A DNA stretch of 64,000 nucleotides. It comes from Phoronis australis. Its lineage: Eukaryota > Animalia > Phoronida. The notes beneath the pieces were generated by a model, which was not told the origin of the DNA, did no database searches, and worked only from the letters and a program-made list of their open reading frames with translations. Of the stretch, positions 13,901-26,011 are shown in pieces. A program made the translations under genes and the position numbers. Positions within the stretch are counted from its first letter, which is position 1, and every line of letters starts with the position of its first letter. The stretch is taken from positions 264,881 through 328,880 of the forward strand of contig NMRA01000478.1 in assembly GCA_002633005.1 (NCBI GenBank), in the 5' to 3' direction.

Positions 13901-16508
13901 TGGTGCATTTCAAATTCTTATTTTCATTGGTCAATCCAAATTGAGCTCATCTTTTTGTGTTATAAGGAATTCCATTGGCTAATCCAATATTTATGGTTAA
14001 CCTCTGTGAAAAAATGCCACGCCGTTCGCGGTTTCGGGGGGATTAATTCTAGGATTTTGCCCAGCCAGTGTCATCTCTGGTTTCCATATTTATGGTTGAC
14101 ATGCACATTTGTCGTATTCAATTTATGGCAATTACAGCACAAAGGCCTGGGGAAGTCCTGAGAAACTATTACACACAACCTCGCTCTCACTGTCGCCAAT
14201 TTCAGTTCTGATTTAACCGTTTAAAAACGTATAAATTTCTGGCAATAACTTGGGAACTTGCTGTAGTTTCAGTTTGGCGCAGGCAGCAGTTTAGCTGACC
14301 AACCTGCACCAAACTGAAGTGCCCCAAATCAGTTTGGCACAGGCATCAGGTTGGGTAGGCAACACGTAGCCCCTCGGTTGGCCATTTAAGGGCTACAATA
14401 CTTCCATTCGCTTTCTGTACGCATTTCATTACATCATGTATTTTAAACGGGCGGTGACCGGATTTGGGTTACCAATTTTGCGTTTTCACCTCGTCATAAA
14501 TACATTCCACACTTAAAACTATCATTTAAAAAAATGCTTACTTTCATCATTGGTCCTTTCTACTTCTATACATATCTTTGATGAAGCTTAGTTGTGAGAA
14601 TTAAGTTGACTTTGGCGAAGAATTACAACTCCACTTTTTTGGTTGCCGTTAACTTTTTCATCGCGGGCGATAACCACAAAGTATGTCAACTGAGTCACGT
14701 GAGTTAGGCAAAGGCTAGCGCGAGACTGAGCGAAGCGCGTGACGCTGGCGTCTGACGCTTGCAAAATAGCATGAGAAGGTATCAGATGAAATTTGTAAGA
14801 TTTGTGTCCCTTGGACTTTTTATTCATCAACATGCCTGATTTCAGGTAAATTCCTCAAAATGGCATCTGGTAAGAAAAACTTGAGCAAACCGTGACAGAT
14901 TTTCATCGATTTGTTCAAGTTTTCTTGACTAAATTGTATCCAGAGTCATCATGTCGTGAACACATCCACTAAAACAAGAAACTGTAGGAACACCGCATTT
15001 ATTCACCTTCACTCTTATCAGGCTTCTATTGTGAGTCAGCATGCGTGAATAATTGGCTGATAAGCCACCTCTGGAACTATTTTTGGCTGAATGGATGACC
15101 AGGCCATAAAATGATAATATTAGCCAAGACCAGTTACTAATGCAACAAAGAATANNNNNNNNNNNNNNNNNNNNNNNNNNNNNNNNNNNNNNNNNNNNNN
15201 NNNNNNNNNNNNNNNNNNNNNNNNNNNNNNNNNNNNNNNNNNNNNNNNNNNNNNNNNNNNNNNNNNNNNNNNNNNNNNNNNNNNNNNNNNNNNNNNNNNN
15301 NNNNNNNNNNNNNNNNNNNNNNNNNNNNNNNNNNNNNNNNNNNNNNNNNNNNNNNNNNNNNNNNNNNNNNNNNNNNNNNNNNNNNNNNNNNNNNNNNNNN
15401 NNNNNNNNNNNNNNNNNNNNNNNNNNNNNNNNNNNNNNNNNNNNNNNNNNNNNNNNNNNNNNNNNNNNNNNNNNNNNNNNNNNNNNNNNNNNNNNNNNNN
15501 NNNNNNNNNNNNNNNNNNNNNNNNNNNNNNNNNNNNNNNNNNNNNNGCGCGCCGAATGAAAGTAATCGTGAGTGTTGCTGTGTTGCAAAATCTCTTATCC
15601 TGGGCCGATTTGAAAAATTCAAAGTTGTACTCATATTTGTTTTCGCTCCTCTTTTCAAATATTACAGTAAAAACTACGTAAAACGCTCACCATAAAAAGT
15701 ACAGTCTGCTAGCTAGATTGTAATCAGCTGATCGTATCGGCATGAGCGAAGCCAATTATCCTCGCTCGTGACTCGATGACTAGAGCAGCCTGGCGGCATC
15801 CCTTTGATCGTGAGCCGAGTGCGACTCAGCCAAGGTGGATAAATACGGTCTAGTTCAATTTTCCATACCCCGCCGTTTACCTTAAACACTGGGGTTAGAA
15901 CCAATTTTATTTAGTGGGAATGTTCATAGCATGATGGTATGTGTTAATTATAACCCCATGTTCTTATATGTATGGTTCATTTGATTTTATTTGCTGTATT
16001 TTGAAATAAGTAACTTTTTGTGGGGATTTACTATCGCCCCTGTATGTCTGCGGCATCCAGGGCGATGTAATTGCCTGCAGGTTGGGCTGCAACAGGAACA
16101 TCAAACTATTCCAAAACATTAAACAATTACGAAAATATTATATTTCTAACCTTAAGTGTACAACAGTCTTCACCTAATTCAGCCATGAATGACAATGTCA
16201 GAAAGAAATTTTAATTTTTTGGATTATTTTTTCAAGTGGAAAATATGACAGAGAGTGAGCATTCAAAACTTACTATGTTTCGCGCACCATTCAACGTGTT
16301 GTTGACATTGCAACTTGTGAACGGCAGCTCGGCCTCCTAAAATAGTCTTCCACCACGGTTTCTCAGACTGACTGTGTCTGGATGGATAAAAATAGTATCC
16401 ATAGTCATCATTTTCCCTGTTATTAAACTTTTTGCCGAGATCAGGTGTTTGAAATCCTTCGGTTTTGGAGGAGGTTGATTTATCCCTGCCCTCAGAGGAG
16501 GCCGCCAT
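7962..16508 (-). CDS. ATP23: Mitochondrial inner membrane protease ATP23 homolog (peptidase M76), 6 exons, ~263 aa
   Basis: Exons: 16274-16508, 13301-13346, 12828-12909, 11210-11344, 9411-9506, 7962-8159. All introns are GT-AG and phases are consistent. Spliced protein: MAASS..DDYGYYFYPSR..NPIVKLLIGAMKSHGCDIDLKRHVSCEPC..VTGGYDP..VLSHEFVHAFDFCRA..HLACTEIRAAN..DCVKRKALMSI..VFDKCYNDLEPIGR. It carries the HExxH zinc motif and matches the recalled ATP23 pattern. Confidence 0.95.
10200..10900. repeat. Second, more diverged copy of the ~150-bp array family, inside an ATP23 intron
   Basis: Shares cores with 2750-4994: gatactaggtgg (~10502), gccactaggggtcacagcag (10651), accactatgagg (~10779), and atatgccaaacttcatgaaa. 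Confidence 0.5.
15155..15546. other. Assembly gap (N run) in ATP23 intron 1
   Basis: 392 consecutive N. Confidence 0.99.
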
Positions 16509-16800
16509 TTTCAGTGAACTTGATTTACGTCTCCATTGTAAAAAGAGTAACACCCCTACCCCAGTCAAAATGTTTGTTTATTGAGTTTGTTATTTTATAA
16601 CAATGCTTCTGTTTACATTTTTCTGTCGCTGCATCTCTCAAAGACGTTACGAATTGAAATACAAAGTGTAATATAATTGGAAAATCTACCTTACGGAAAT
16701 TCGAAACATTATTTCAGGCAGAGTATTTCCGAGGTTCCTGTATCTGTGGAAACTGACGACGCTTTTGCAGGGAGTCACACGTCCTTGCTCTGGCGGTGCC
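16509..16800. promoter_or_regulatory. Putative bidirectional promoter shared by ATP23 and FAM221A
   Basis: Divergent start codons at 16508 (-) and 16801 (+) are separated by only 292 bp. The ATP23 ATG sits in a YY1-like aaaATGGCGGC context. A near-match RFX X-box gtatctgtggaaac lies at ~16740-16753. Confidence 0.7.
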
Positions 16801-19800
16801 ATGTCCGAATACCCAGTGCATTTAAAACTAGACGGCTCTGCTGCTGCCAGCATAGATGCTTATGTCGAATACAAAAGGTTGTATGTGTAGTAAATGTCGA
16901 CGTTAGTCTCGGCTGTTTGTTGTTTGTCGATTCATTACTGCAACTATTGAACTTGGTGTTCTACTCACTTACTGGCTCCGGCACTCTTTGACACTTTGAC
17001 AAAGTACAATCTGTTTCTGACCGAGTACGAGTCCTGCCCATACCTTCCTGTCTGCATGAGCAATGTATTTTTAGTACACAACAGACTCCAGTACATATTA
17101 ATTAAGCCTTCCGCTTGAAGATTTTCTTCATATTATGCTTAAATCTCGTTATTAAGTATTGATCTTGGAGTGGGTGCAATGAACTTTCAATTTCTTTCAA
17201 ACCAAGACACAACATATTTTCCATCTGAGTTGGTGCAAACTTTATATACAGTCAAGTGGTCAAGATAATTAAGTTGAGCTTCATCTAGACTAAGTCTTTG
17301 CTCAATTTGTTATGTTGCAGAATTGTTGGGGATGATGATGGAGGTCGGATGTTCACTCCTGAAGAGTATGAAAATTATAAGCGCACCGTCCTGCCTCAGG
17401 TATGTGTTTATATTGAGAGGTACAAAATTCAGTGCCAGCGTGTGTCGTTAAAGCAGCCAATGCAAACTTTTGATTTGGACTATTTATCAAAGCGATCTTG
17501 CTTGTAACTCAGATGAGAAGTGGTTTCTGGGTTTGCAAAAAATATAATTCTCTATTCCTTAAGGCTTTGCTCCAACAGCAATTAAAATTGCACGTGGTGA
17601 CAAGCCAATTTGTAGAACCCCAAAATCTGTTTCTTTCTAAGCCCTAAATCATCAAATTTAATTTGAGACCAATTTCATGCTGGTGTGTGGTCTAATTGTT
17701 ATGATGGAAGGTTGTTGAGAGGTCAAACCAAACAAGGTCACACTGCCAGACCCTACAAAGTGAGCTATGGAACTGGAGACTTCACTCAAGGGTCAAGCAG
17801 TTTGGTCTTGTTTGATTTGATATATCATGGAACAGGAGACCTATCTCAAGGGTGTACCTGTGTGGTCTTATTTGGTTTGATCTCGCACAGAACAGGAGAG
17901 CTCTTTAAGGGTCTAACAGTGTGATTTGATTTCACTATCTCCAGATTTAGATTCCGCAACTCTACTCACTAGATCACACTATATTCTCTCTTTGAATAGC
18001 ATGACCCATGTCAACAATGTGGCCAAGTACTCCTTCAGTCAAATCATTACCATGTCAACAATGTGGCCAAGTTCTCCTTCAGTCAAATAATTATCATTTA
18101 GTGGTAATTAACACAGACGTTTTCTTGTCTGTACTCATTTTGTGTAAAATTGTTCATCTTACAGAGAATGAAGAATCGCATCTTTGTTGCATGGGCATCA
18201 TCAACAGGTATGGACTGTAAGCTGGTGGGACCTGAGACACCATGCTTCTGTACTCACAGGTGACTGTTATAACTTCATGTACACTAAGTGCTGCTTTTTA
18301 AAAACAGAGCAAATGTCAGTTGAAGAAGTCAAGTTGAAAGCTGCTCCTTGTGTCTTACAGAATGTATTATAAATCAATCATACAGTTGAAATAAATTTGA
18401 TTTCAAATAATATTGGTTTAGTACTACATGCCAGGAAAAATAGTTACCATGTACTTACCTGATGTTCAAATCCTGTTGGCAACGCAGCTTAACATGCAGT
18501 TGACAATGCAGTCATGCACATGCCCACATATATTCAGGGGCGCATACTTCTTTAACAATATGTATGAAGAATTTTTCGTGACTGATAATTTTCTCTCTCA
18601 AGATATCGCCAGCACAAGACAGACTTCAAGCAGATACCGTCACAACGCCCCATCTTACTGCCATGTAAAGTGCCAAAATGTAAATGTTTGACATACCATT
18701 ACATTCCACTTAATGGGAGCCAGCCTATCAGGTGTACCTGCAAGCATTTTGCTGACGATCACTCAGAGATAGACCCTTACAAGTGTAGGAAAGGTTGGTC
18801 TTTATTTGATGTCATTGTAATCAATTGTCATCTGTGACTGGAGCTTGTGAGAACAAAATATAGTTTATAATCAGTGGCGGATTTAGGGAGGTGGGGAAGG
18901 AGGCCATGCCCCCCCCCCTAAAATTCTCCCAGATACCATTTGAGGGGGCGGGCAAATGCACAATGCATAGGCATGAACAAACCTCGTTTACGTTTTTTTA
19001 GTAATAAGGTCCACAAACTCAAATATTTGAGACCCCTGCATCCCTACATATTAGGCTGGGCATGCACATGTGGCAAAATTGTGTTTTTTTTCTGTGCCTT
19101 GCGCCCNCCCCCCCCCCCGCCAACTCAATATCCTGGATCCACCCCTGATAATAGCCTAGTCACGTTGAATATTTAGTTTAAAGTTTTTCATTTCAAGTTT
19201 GCTTGAATGTCTAACATCATTACATAATTTCTAAAACCTGGTTATATTTATGGATGCTGAAATCATCTGAAAATCTGTTGGTCATAACTGATTTCATCTA
19301 ACTAGTAAGTACATATTTCAAAGTTTAAATTATTTTACTGGCAATTTTTATTTGTAGAAACTTGTAAGTGTTCGGCATTCAGGAGTTCGTTCACATGTGG
19401 CTGTGGTGAACCTGTTCACATGCATACAATGATTGTGGAGACGAAGGAGGAGAGACAAGCCAGGGGGCACCCGGTGGGACAGGATGTTGGTTACCAAGCC
19501 ATGGGTGGCCTGACAGGCTTCTCTTCGCTCATGGATGGCTACATGAGACTGGATCCCAGTGGAATAGGTTGTTATATTATTTTGAAATAAAATAAGTAAC
19601 ATGTTTATGTCCCTTAAAAATGAAAATTAAATCTGCTAGAAAACAAAAATTAACTTAGGTCTTCTCCCTCATCAAATCAGTCTCATAATATTGCTATGCT
19701 TTCCGATAGAGGATTCTGTTTATGTTGCCAACTAGAACATCAGAAGTAACTCAACAAAACACTGCTGAGTGTGCTGCAGTTGACCCCCCCCCCCCAACCT

Positions 19801-21429
19801 AAAATTCAGAATTTGAAAATGGCTTGCGTACACATTGCCTGTGACTTCAGTTGATAATGGAGTCGTGTTAGAACAAGGATTATTATAAGATCGGTTTTAT
19901 GAGAGTAAAGGCCTAGTTGGATTTTTTATGTTTAGCCAGCTAAACAGGATGAGCTGCAACTTTATAGAATTAATAGACACAAGCTTTTGATCGAAACTGC
20001 TTTTCCTTGGGCATATTTGTCTTGTTTTTGCACATAGAAAGAATGATAATGACAATTATTTAGTAATTTATTTTATCTCAATTACACTTGTTCTCAGTTC
20101 ACTATTTCCATGTATTTCAGTGATATTTACATTTAAAATTGTAAAGTTACATATATATAAGCAATTTAGGTTGCTCATGACTAAAAGTTAACAGAGAAGC
20201 TCGGCATACTTTAGCCCATGCGAGAGTACCATAACATGTATGAAAATGTTTGTGAAAGTCTAAGTTTTATGTGGTACCTTTGTACATGCAGTTTTAGCTG
20301 CAAGCATTTTGGACACTCATCTGCCTTCTTTTGTGTTAGATGATTGCAGAAACAGTTTACTTTGAACAATTGCTATTATTGGAAACAAGTGGTTCACTAC
20401 TCATGCCATGGTGTTTCTTGTACTTATTAAACATGTATCATATGCCAAACAAGTGAAAGTGTTGTTTCACTGATTTTTTTTCACTCATAATTACAGGTGC
20501 ACCTTCCAAGGAGTTTTTGGAACAACCTATAGGCCCTGATGATCACCCATTCTTGCGATCTAATGTGACATCTATACAGGCCCACCGACTGGCGCTAAAG
20601 GGTATGGCCTGTTATATGTCATTGGCGTTAGATAAATTGTTTTTTTTTTGTTTCCCTTGCCCTCAACACCGTAGTACTTTCCAGTATTTTACAAATGATA
20701 ACGACAATGGAAATGACCATCCCCATTTCAATGCATTTGATGTTATTTAATTTTCTTATCTGTAGGGCCTAATGCTGTTGATGAAGACCTTGCTGAGAGA
20801 ATGTCAGCCATGAAGAAACCTGGTGAGACAGACATGGACTTCTATGAGAGGAGGTATCAAGAAAGGGTAAGTGAAGAGGATGAGACAAAAAATAGGCCTT
20901 AGAACGTGTTCAAGATATTTTTGTGAAGTCATAGCTATGTGTTGTTCAGTGGTTGTGTACCAACATTAAGTAAACGTCAGCTAAGATTTGTCTTAACGTG
21001 GAAACCGTGCCCATGATGGCTGGGTTCAAGTGTAGATGATTCACCATTGGAGTAGCTGGTCTGATCCACTGTCTTAAAGACGGGTTAATTGAGGACTGTT
21101 TTGCTGTGTACTAGAGTACTTATATGTGAATGAGTGCCCCAGGAATAACATGCTGAGCTCTAGTTTAACCGAGACGAAACAGGTTGAAGAGGCAAAACTC
21201 TTATCAGTCAAGCTAAAATTTTGAGAATCGAACTAATTTAGAAAACTACAGGGATAACCATAAAGGTGAATCTAACATGTATTTTCAGCAAAAGGCGGAG
21301 CGTGCAAGAGCAAGGGGTGTGACTGCGGCCCCTAAACACACGGGTGCACGGTCAGGTCCATCTACGTCGACAGGAGGAACCACAGCAAGTAGGGGAAGTG
21401 CAAGGAAATCGTCCAAACCAAGCCGATGA
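16801..21429 (+). CDS. FAM221A: Protein FAM221A homolog (Cys-rich), 8 exons, ~332 aa
   Basis: Exons: 16801-16877, 17321-17399, 18165-18259, 18603-18793, 19358-19567, 20497-20601, 20766-20866, 21289-21429. Introns are GT-AG and phases are consistent. Protein: AYVEYKRIVGDDDGGRMFTPEEYE..TGMDCKLVGPETPCFCTHRYRQHKTD..YIPLNGSQPIRCTCKHFADDH..AMGGLTGFSSLMDGYMRLDPSGIG..DMDFYERRYQER, closely following recalled FAM221A. AATAAA at 21733-21738. Confidence 0.93.
17767..17930. repeat. Imperfect 60-bp tandem repeat (~3 copies) in a FAM221A intron
   Basis: The unit gaac(t/a)ggaga..aagggt..tttg(a/g)tt recurs at 60-bp spacing. Confidence 0.7.
18006..18093. repeat. 44-bp tandem duplication
   Basis: ccatgtcaacaatgtggccaagt(a/t)ctccttcagtcaaat occurs at 18006 and 18050. 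Confidence 0.85.
18872..19147. mobile_element. MITE in a FAM221A intron
   Basis: Ends cagtggcggatttagg and cctggatccacccctg form imperfect TIRs, with internal poly-C tracts. Both flanks carry ATAAT (18867-18871, 19148-19152), a candidate 5-bp target-site duplication. Confidence 0.65.
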
Positions 21430-24400
21430 CTAATTGGAAGAGAGAAAATACTTAAACGTGTGGTGCATTCAGTACAAGAAAACTTCATTCAAGATGGTGG
21501 ATTATTCCAATGCAGTTCTGCTTGGGCTGTGAAATTTGTGCCTGCGTGTTCGAACATTCTGAGCCAAAAAATGATTGGCAGTTTGTTTATTGGATATTAA
21601 TCCATTATGTAGAATGCTCTCTCAGTCAGCTGTTTCTAGTGTTCAAAGCAATGGTTTACATGTGTTTGGTACTGTTGAAAGTGCTTGTGCTCTGTTATTG
21701 TCAGAGCATGATTGGAACAAGTAACAATCGTCAATAAATATTTTATTTTATTTTTTTGTTTTGAGATGTACATATTTACATTAAAACACACATTATTCAA
21801 ATCAATTAACATTTTTTGTACTGTTGATTTTAGATATCCTTATAGTGCATCAAAATATATCAAATTCGGGGTAGATTTTTGGGGAGACACGGGACACATG
21901 GTTCCCTCACTTTTTACAGGTAATAAATGGTATCTGTGGAAACCCATTCTTTGTCATATTATGGTCTTCAGCCAGTTTACGTACATTTCACGTCATGTTA
22001 CATTTGTTGGACAATAAGATATCTTGAAAATGCTTCAGAATTATGAAGAATTAAATTTATGTCTCCACGGTTAGCCTTCGTGGTGAGCGTTCCCCACTAC
22101 CCACGCCGTGTTTTCTAGGACTGCAGTGCGGTGCCTCCCGAGCAGGAGCGGCAAAAATCGATGACAATTGCGAGAAGAGGACAACTACCTTCTCTTCCCT
22201 CGCTGGGTGATGACAATCTAAGCTACGTCACTGAACCGTGTGTAACTTTTTATGATAATAAAACCTGATGGACAATTTGCTTCCCGCATGACATCATAAC
22301 AGTGCTGCACCCAATAAGAACGCAAATAGTCAGCCGACCAAAACATTTTATCATCTAAATAAAATTTTGGTGGCTTAATGATAATGAGTTAGCTAATGAG
22401 GTCGTTATTTAAGCACCACTCTCACTGATGGCTAACCAGTTCACTCTAGCCAATTAAAAAACAAAGTCATACAGAGAATGAGGCTTCGTTTTTTGCTGCT
22501 TCCAGAGAAGCCAGTTGCCATTGATGTGAATATTTGTTTAAATGAGTCAATATTTAATTCTTTAACATATGTCTACGCACTAGCTTTCATTCAACTCTGT
22601 AGCATTACAACTGCGTCCAAATTTATTCAAAATTCTCCAAGCGGGGTCAATGTACCTCAGTATCGAAGGTACTTTCGATTCACATGATTATTTCATTAAC
22701 AAGTTGTTATTTAGTCCCATGTTGTTTGTGTACTTTAAATATCAAGTGTTGCTGGTGACATGTCTTTCCAAACGATTTGTGTAAGTACGAAAGTAATTAC
22801 TTGGTCATAACTTCCAACCCTTCACATTACAAAAGGTAAGGATCAACGATTGCGTTGACAATATATTGCACATTTTCAGACGATTCAAGTGATACTTTAC
22901 ACTGGAAGAAAGAAGGTGAATGAACGTTAAAATCCCGTAATTAGCCGTGTCACTACAAGCGAAGTAATGCAATTTCTGGGAAAACTGAAAGATGAATCGC
23001 CTATGTGAATTGAATGCCATTAGCCTGATTTCTTCGGATAATAGGCCACTGGTCGCTCTTTTGTTGTGTTGTCTCTGCTGGACTACCAGGATCTGTCCTA
23101 TCAAAATTAATATTGACTGGCCAAATCACTCCATAAAATACTGAATTAAATAACAGAACAAAACAAAACAGCTCAGTGTTAGTTTAAAATGGCGGACATG
23201 ATGTCTTTTTAGTCGAAAATGTACTTCCTAACGAAATTTAAAATTGCAGCATGGCCTTCTATTCGATTGTGAGTCCATAAAAACAATTAAAGAGGCATGG
23301 AACGCGAAGGCTCGTCAAAAATATCTTTAAAACAATGCCTGACTACTAAAGTACCATTTCGCAGCGCCTAGTACAGTACACTTTCGCTGTGAGGAAATTT
23401 CCAGAAAAAATCACAAAATTCCCAATTTTCAAAATACGCGCGAAGGAAAAAAACGTGGTTACAACAGAGTTTCTAACCTCCCTTCCACTTATGATAAATA
23501 CTCGCGTGCGCTCAAATCAGTTGCTTGAAGTCGCTTGAGGTCAAAGGTCACATTTCCACAGAACGAAAATGTGCTACATCTGTGTCTTGCCATACCAAAT
23601 GAGGAGACGTGCCTTGTCGGAGAAAAATCGACGAAGTGGCGAGGAAGTTGAGAGATCGTTTTTTAAAATTTGAAATAAAAGAAAATCTTTGATGTCTACA
23701 GAAATTAAAAATCTTCATGAACAAAACCTAAAAATACCTGGCGAGTAGGCTGAATTCTGTTTTTTTTTCAATGGCAGAGAATCACTTTCAGTGTTGCAAT
23801 TCCGTCTGTTTATCACGTTCCAGAATTCTTTAATGCGTGTGGCCATATGTTTGGGAATGTAGCGCACCGAAACTGGCGAGTTTTGTAAGTTTCAGCAACG
23901 CGTAACATTCAAGTGCCGTTTTTCAAAATTTCCTATTTGAAAATTTGTAAACCAGTAATTAGAGGCACATTTAACCATATTTTACATGCAAGTGGAATTA
24001 TGCTCAAGGTCAGCGTAATTATTATCAAATACCGAAAAACAAAGAGCTAAAAATCAGACAACAGTATTATACAGTATGATTGATTATCAATTTATAATTT
24101 ACAAATTCTTAAATAAAGTACTTAGCTAATTACGTTTGAGAACAATGAAAGACAGAAGGGTTTGGGTATATGGAAACGTTTTTCAGACCAAATTACATCA
24201 TACTTTTATCAAATTTTGAGCCACTTTGAACTTGTGCTACAGAACTATTTGTACGTCGTGTTCTTAAAACAAACATAAGATATGTTTATTGGCTGATAAC
24301 ATAACTAGTTAAATGGCAAATGCAACCAAGCTAGGTCTAAGACAGGAATATTTTGGCTGTTCATATATCTAATGGTAGCGTATGAACAAACGATGAACGT

Positions 24401-24511
24401 CTTTCAGGAACAGAATAAAATGTTTTGGTTAGTATGCAAGCTTTGCCTCAAAACTAACCCAAATCACTTCAAGAGTTCATCCACAAAACACCATTAATAC
24501 ACTATAGCCCG

Positions 24512-24750
24512 GCATGCGCGCACCCAGCCTTTAGTATGGGGTGCCCGAATCTCTGACAAAGTGAACCTTTTGCTAACAAAAAAGCGGGAGGACTAAAAAA
24601 CTGGTGTACCACCTTCAGGTCTGTGAACTGTGCGTCTGCGCCTTTTTAGTGGAATTTTGTCTCGTTTTCTCGGACTTTTTGTTTCTCTCAGTGAGGCGGA
24701 CTTTTTTACCCACTTCGTTCGAGCCCCCCACCCCCTGGGTACGCACATGC
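24512..24750. mobile_element. MITE-like element
   Basis: gcatgcgcgcacccag at the left and ctgggtacgcacatgc at the right form 16-bp imperfect TIRs. Confidence 0.5.
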
Positions 24751-24939
24751 AAAAGCAACGCCACAGATCTTGCCTTGTATGCATGTGGTGGATATGCAAA
24801 TCCTGTCAAGGCAACCCGTTATAAGACTTTTAAAACTATGTTACTGGTACTTGTGATGGCACAGTTTTGATAGGGCCCTTTATTTACCCCCATTCTTTTG
24901 CATGTGTTTCATGCAATTTTAAAGAAACAGTTGACATGC

Positions 24940-25620
24940 TTATTTGCATTGGCTGCCATAGAAACCATTTTTGAGTTTTCAAATTCGTGCTCCTGGTTTT
25001 GTTGTACTAACCAGAAGTCTTTGATTAGTAATTGATCTTTGCAAATAATATATCACATCAGCTGTATGCAGTTTCTATGCTGTGTGCACCTTTGCCCTGG
25101 TAACCATTTTTGTATTATCAAAATTGTTCTACTTTTTATGATACATCTTTAAAAAGCAAACAAGCAGTTTGAACGCTTTGAATTTTCGTCGATGTGTGAC
25201 TTGTGGAACTAGTGTAAACTCCAAAACACCTGGTTACCTTGGAAACGGTACGAATTCAAGCTTGACAACTCCTCAACGTTTTTAGGAAAGGTAATTAAAG
25301 TGCTTTGAACATGGTTGCCTATTTCTAACATGACTGCTGTAAAACCTAAAATTGGTGATCTTATGAGTGAAAATATCTGGTCACCATGGTAATAGTACTC
25401 ATCACCCCGAAGTTTCAACAAAGCGTCACTTTAAATACTATGTGCGTGGTTGCCTACTAGTCTAAAATGATTTCTATCTCAAAACTGAAATCGTAGATTT
25501 GGCTGTAAAAATTACTGGTTATCATGGCAACGGTACATATTTCAGCTTGGCATCTCCTTTAAGTTTCAAGGGAGGGTCACTGTAACACGTTTGCCTGTGC
25601 ATAACATGACAATGCCATTA
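24940..25620. repeat. Degenerate ~140-bp tandem array with a GTTGCCATGGCAAC-like core
   Basis: Core variants at 24951, 25091, 25232, 25379 and 25517 (spacings 140, 141, 147, 138 bp). Confidence 0.6.
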
Positions 25621-26011
25621 AGGCTAAATTAGCATATTTTGGCCGGCTGACTAAAAGAAAACAGTGGTCACATCCCAACGCCACGTTCGTAGCTTGTTAA
25701 TTAGACGTCGGTCGATACAACTGCTTGGTGTTATTCGTTACTTGGTGCATGCACTTGAAGTTTTCATGGTAACACAGCCTTTCTGACTACATTCTTCTAT
25801 TGAAAAAGGTGAGAAGTTCGCATTCAATAAAAAAGGATACTTGGTTGTTTGTGTTTGACGTGAGGTAAATATTACCAGCAACGTTTTGGTTGGTCTATCA
25901 ATGTCAGTACCGAAGTAGAAACTGGTGACCTGGTGAGCGTCGTGCGAGCGAGGCCCATGCCAGCATTTATTGAGGTAATCCATCGTTGCCATTGACGCCT
26001 TGGAGATGGCA

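Noticed and set aside
14929-15658. Long ORFs of 139-219 aa in the ORF track
   Set aside because: They are artefacts of translating through the N gap.
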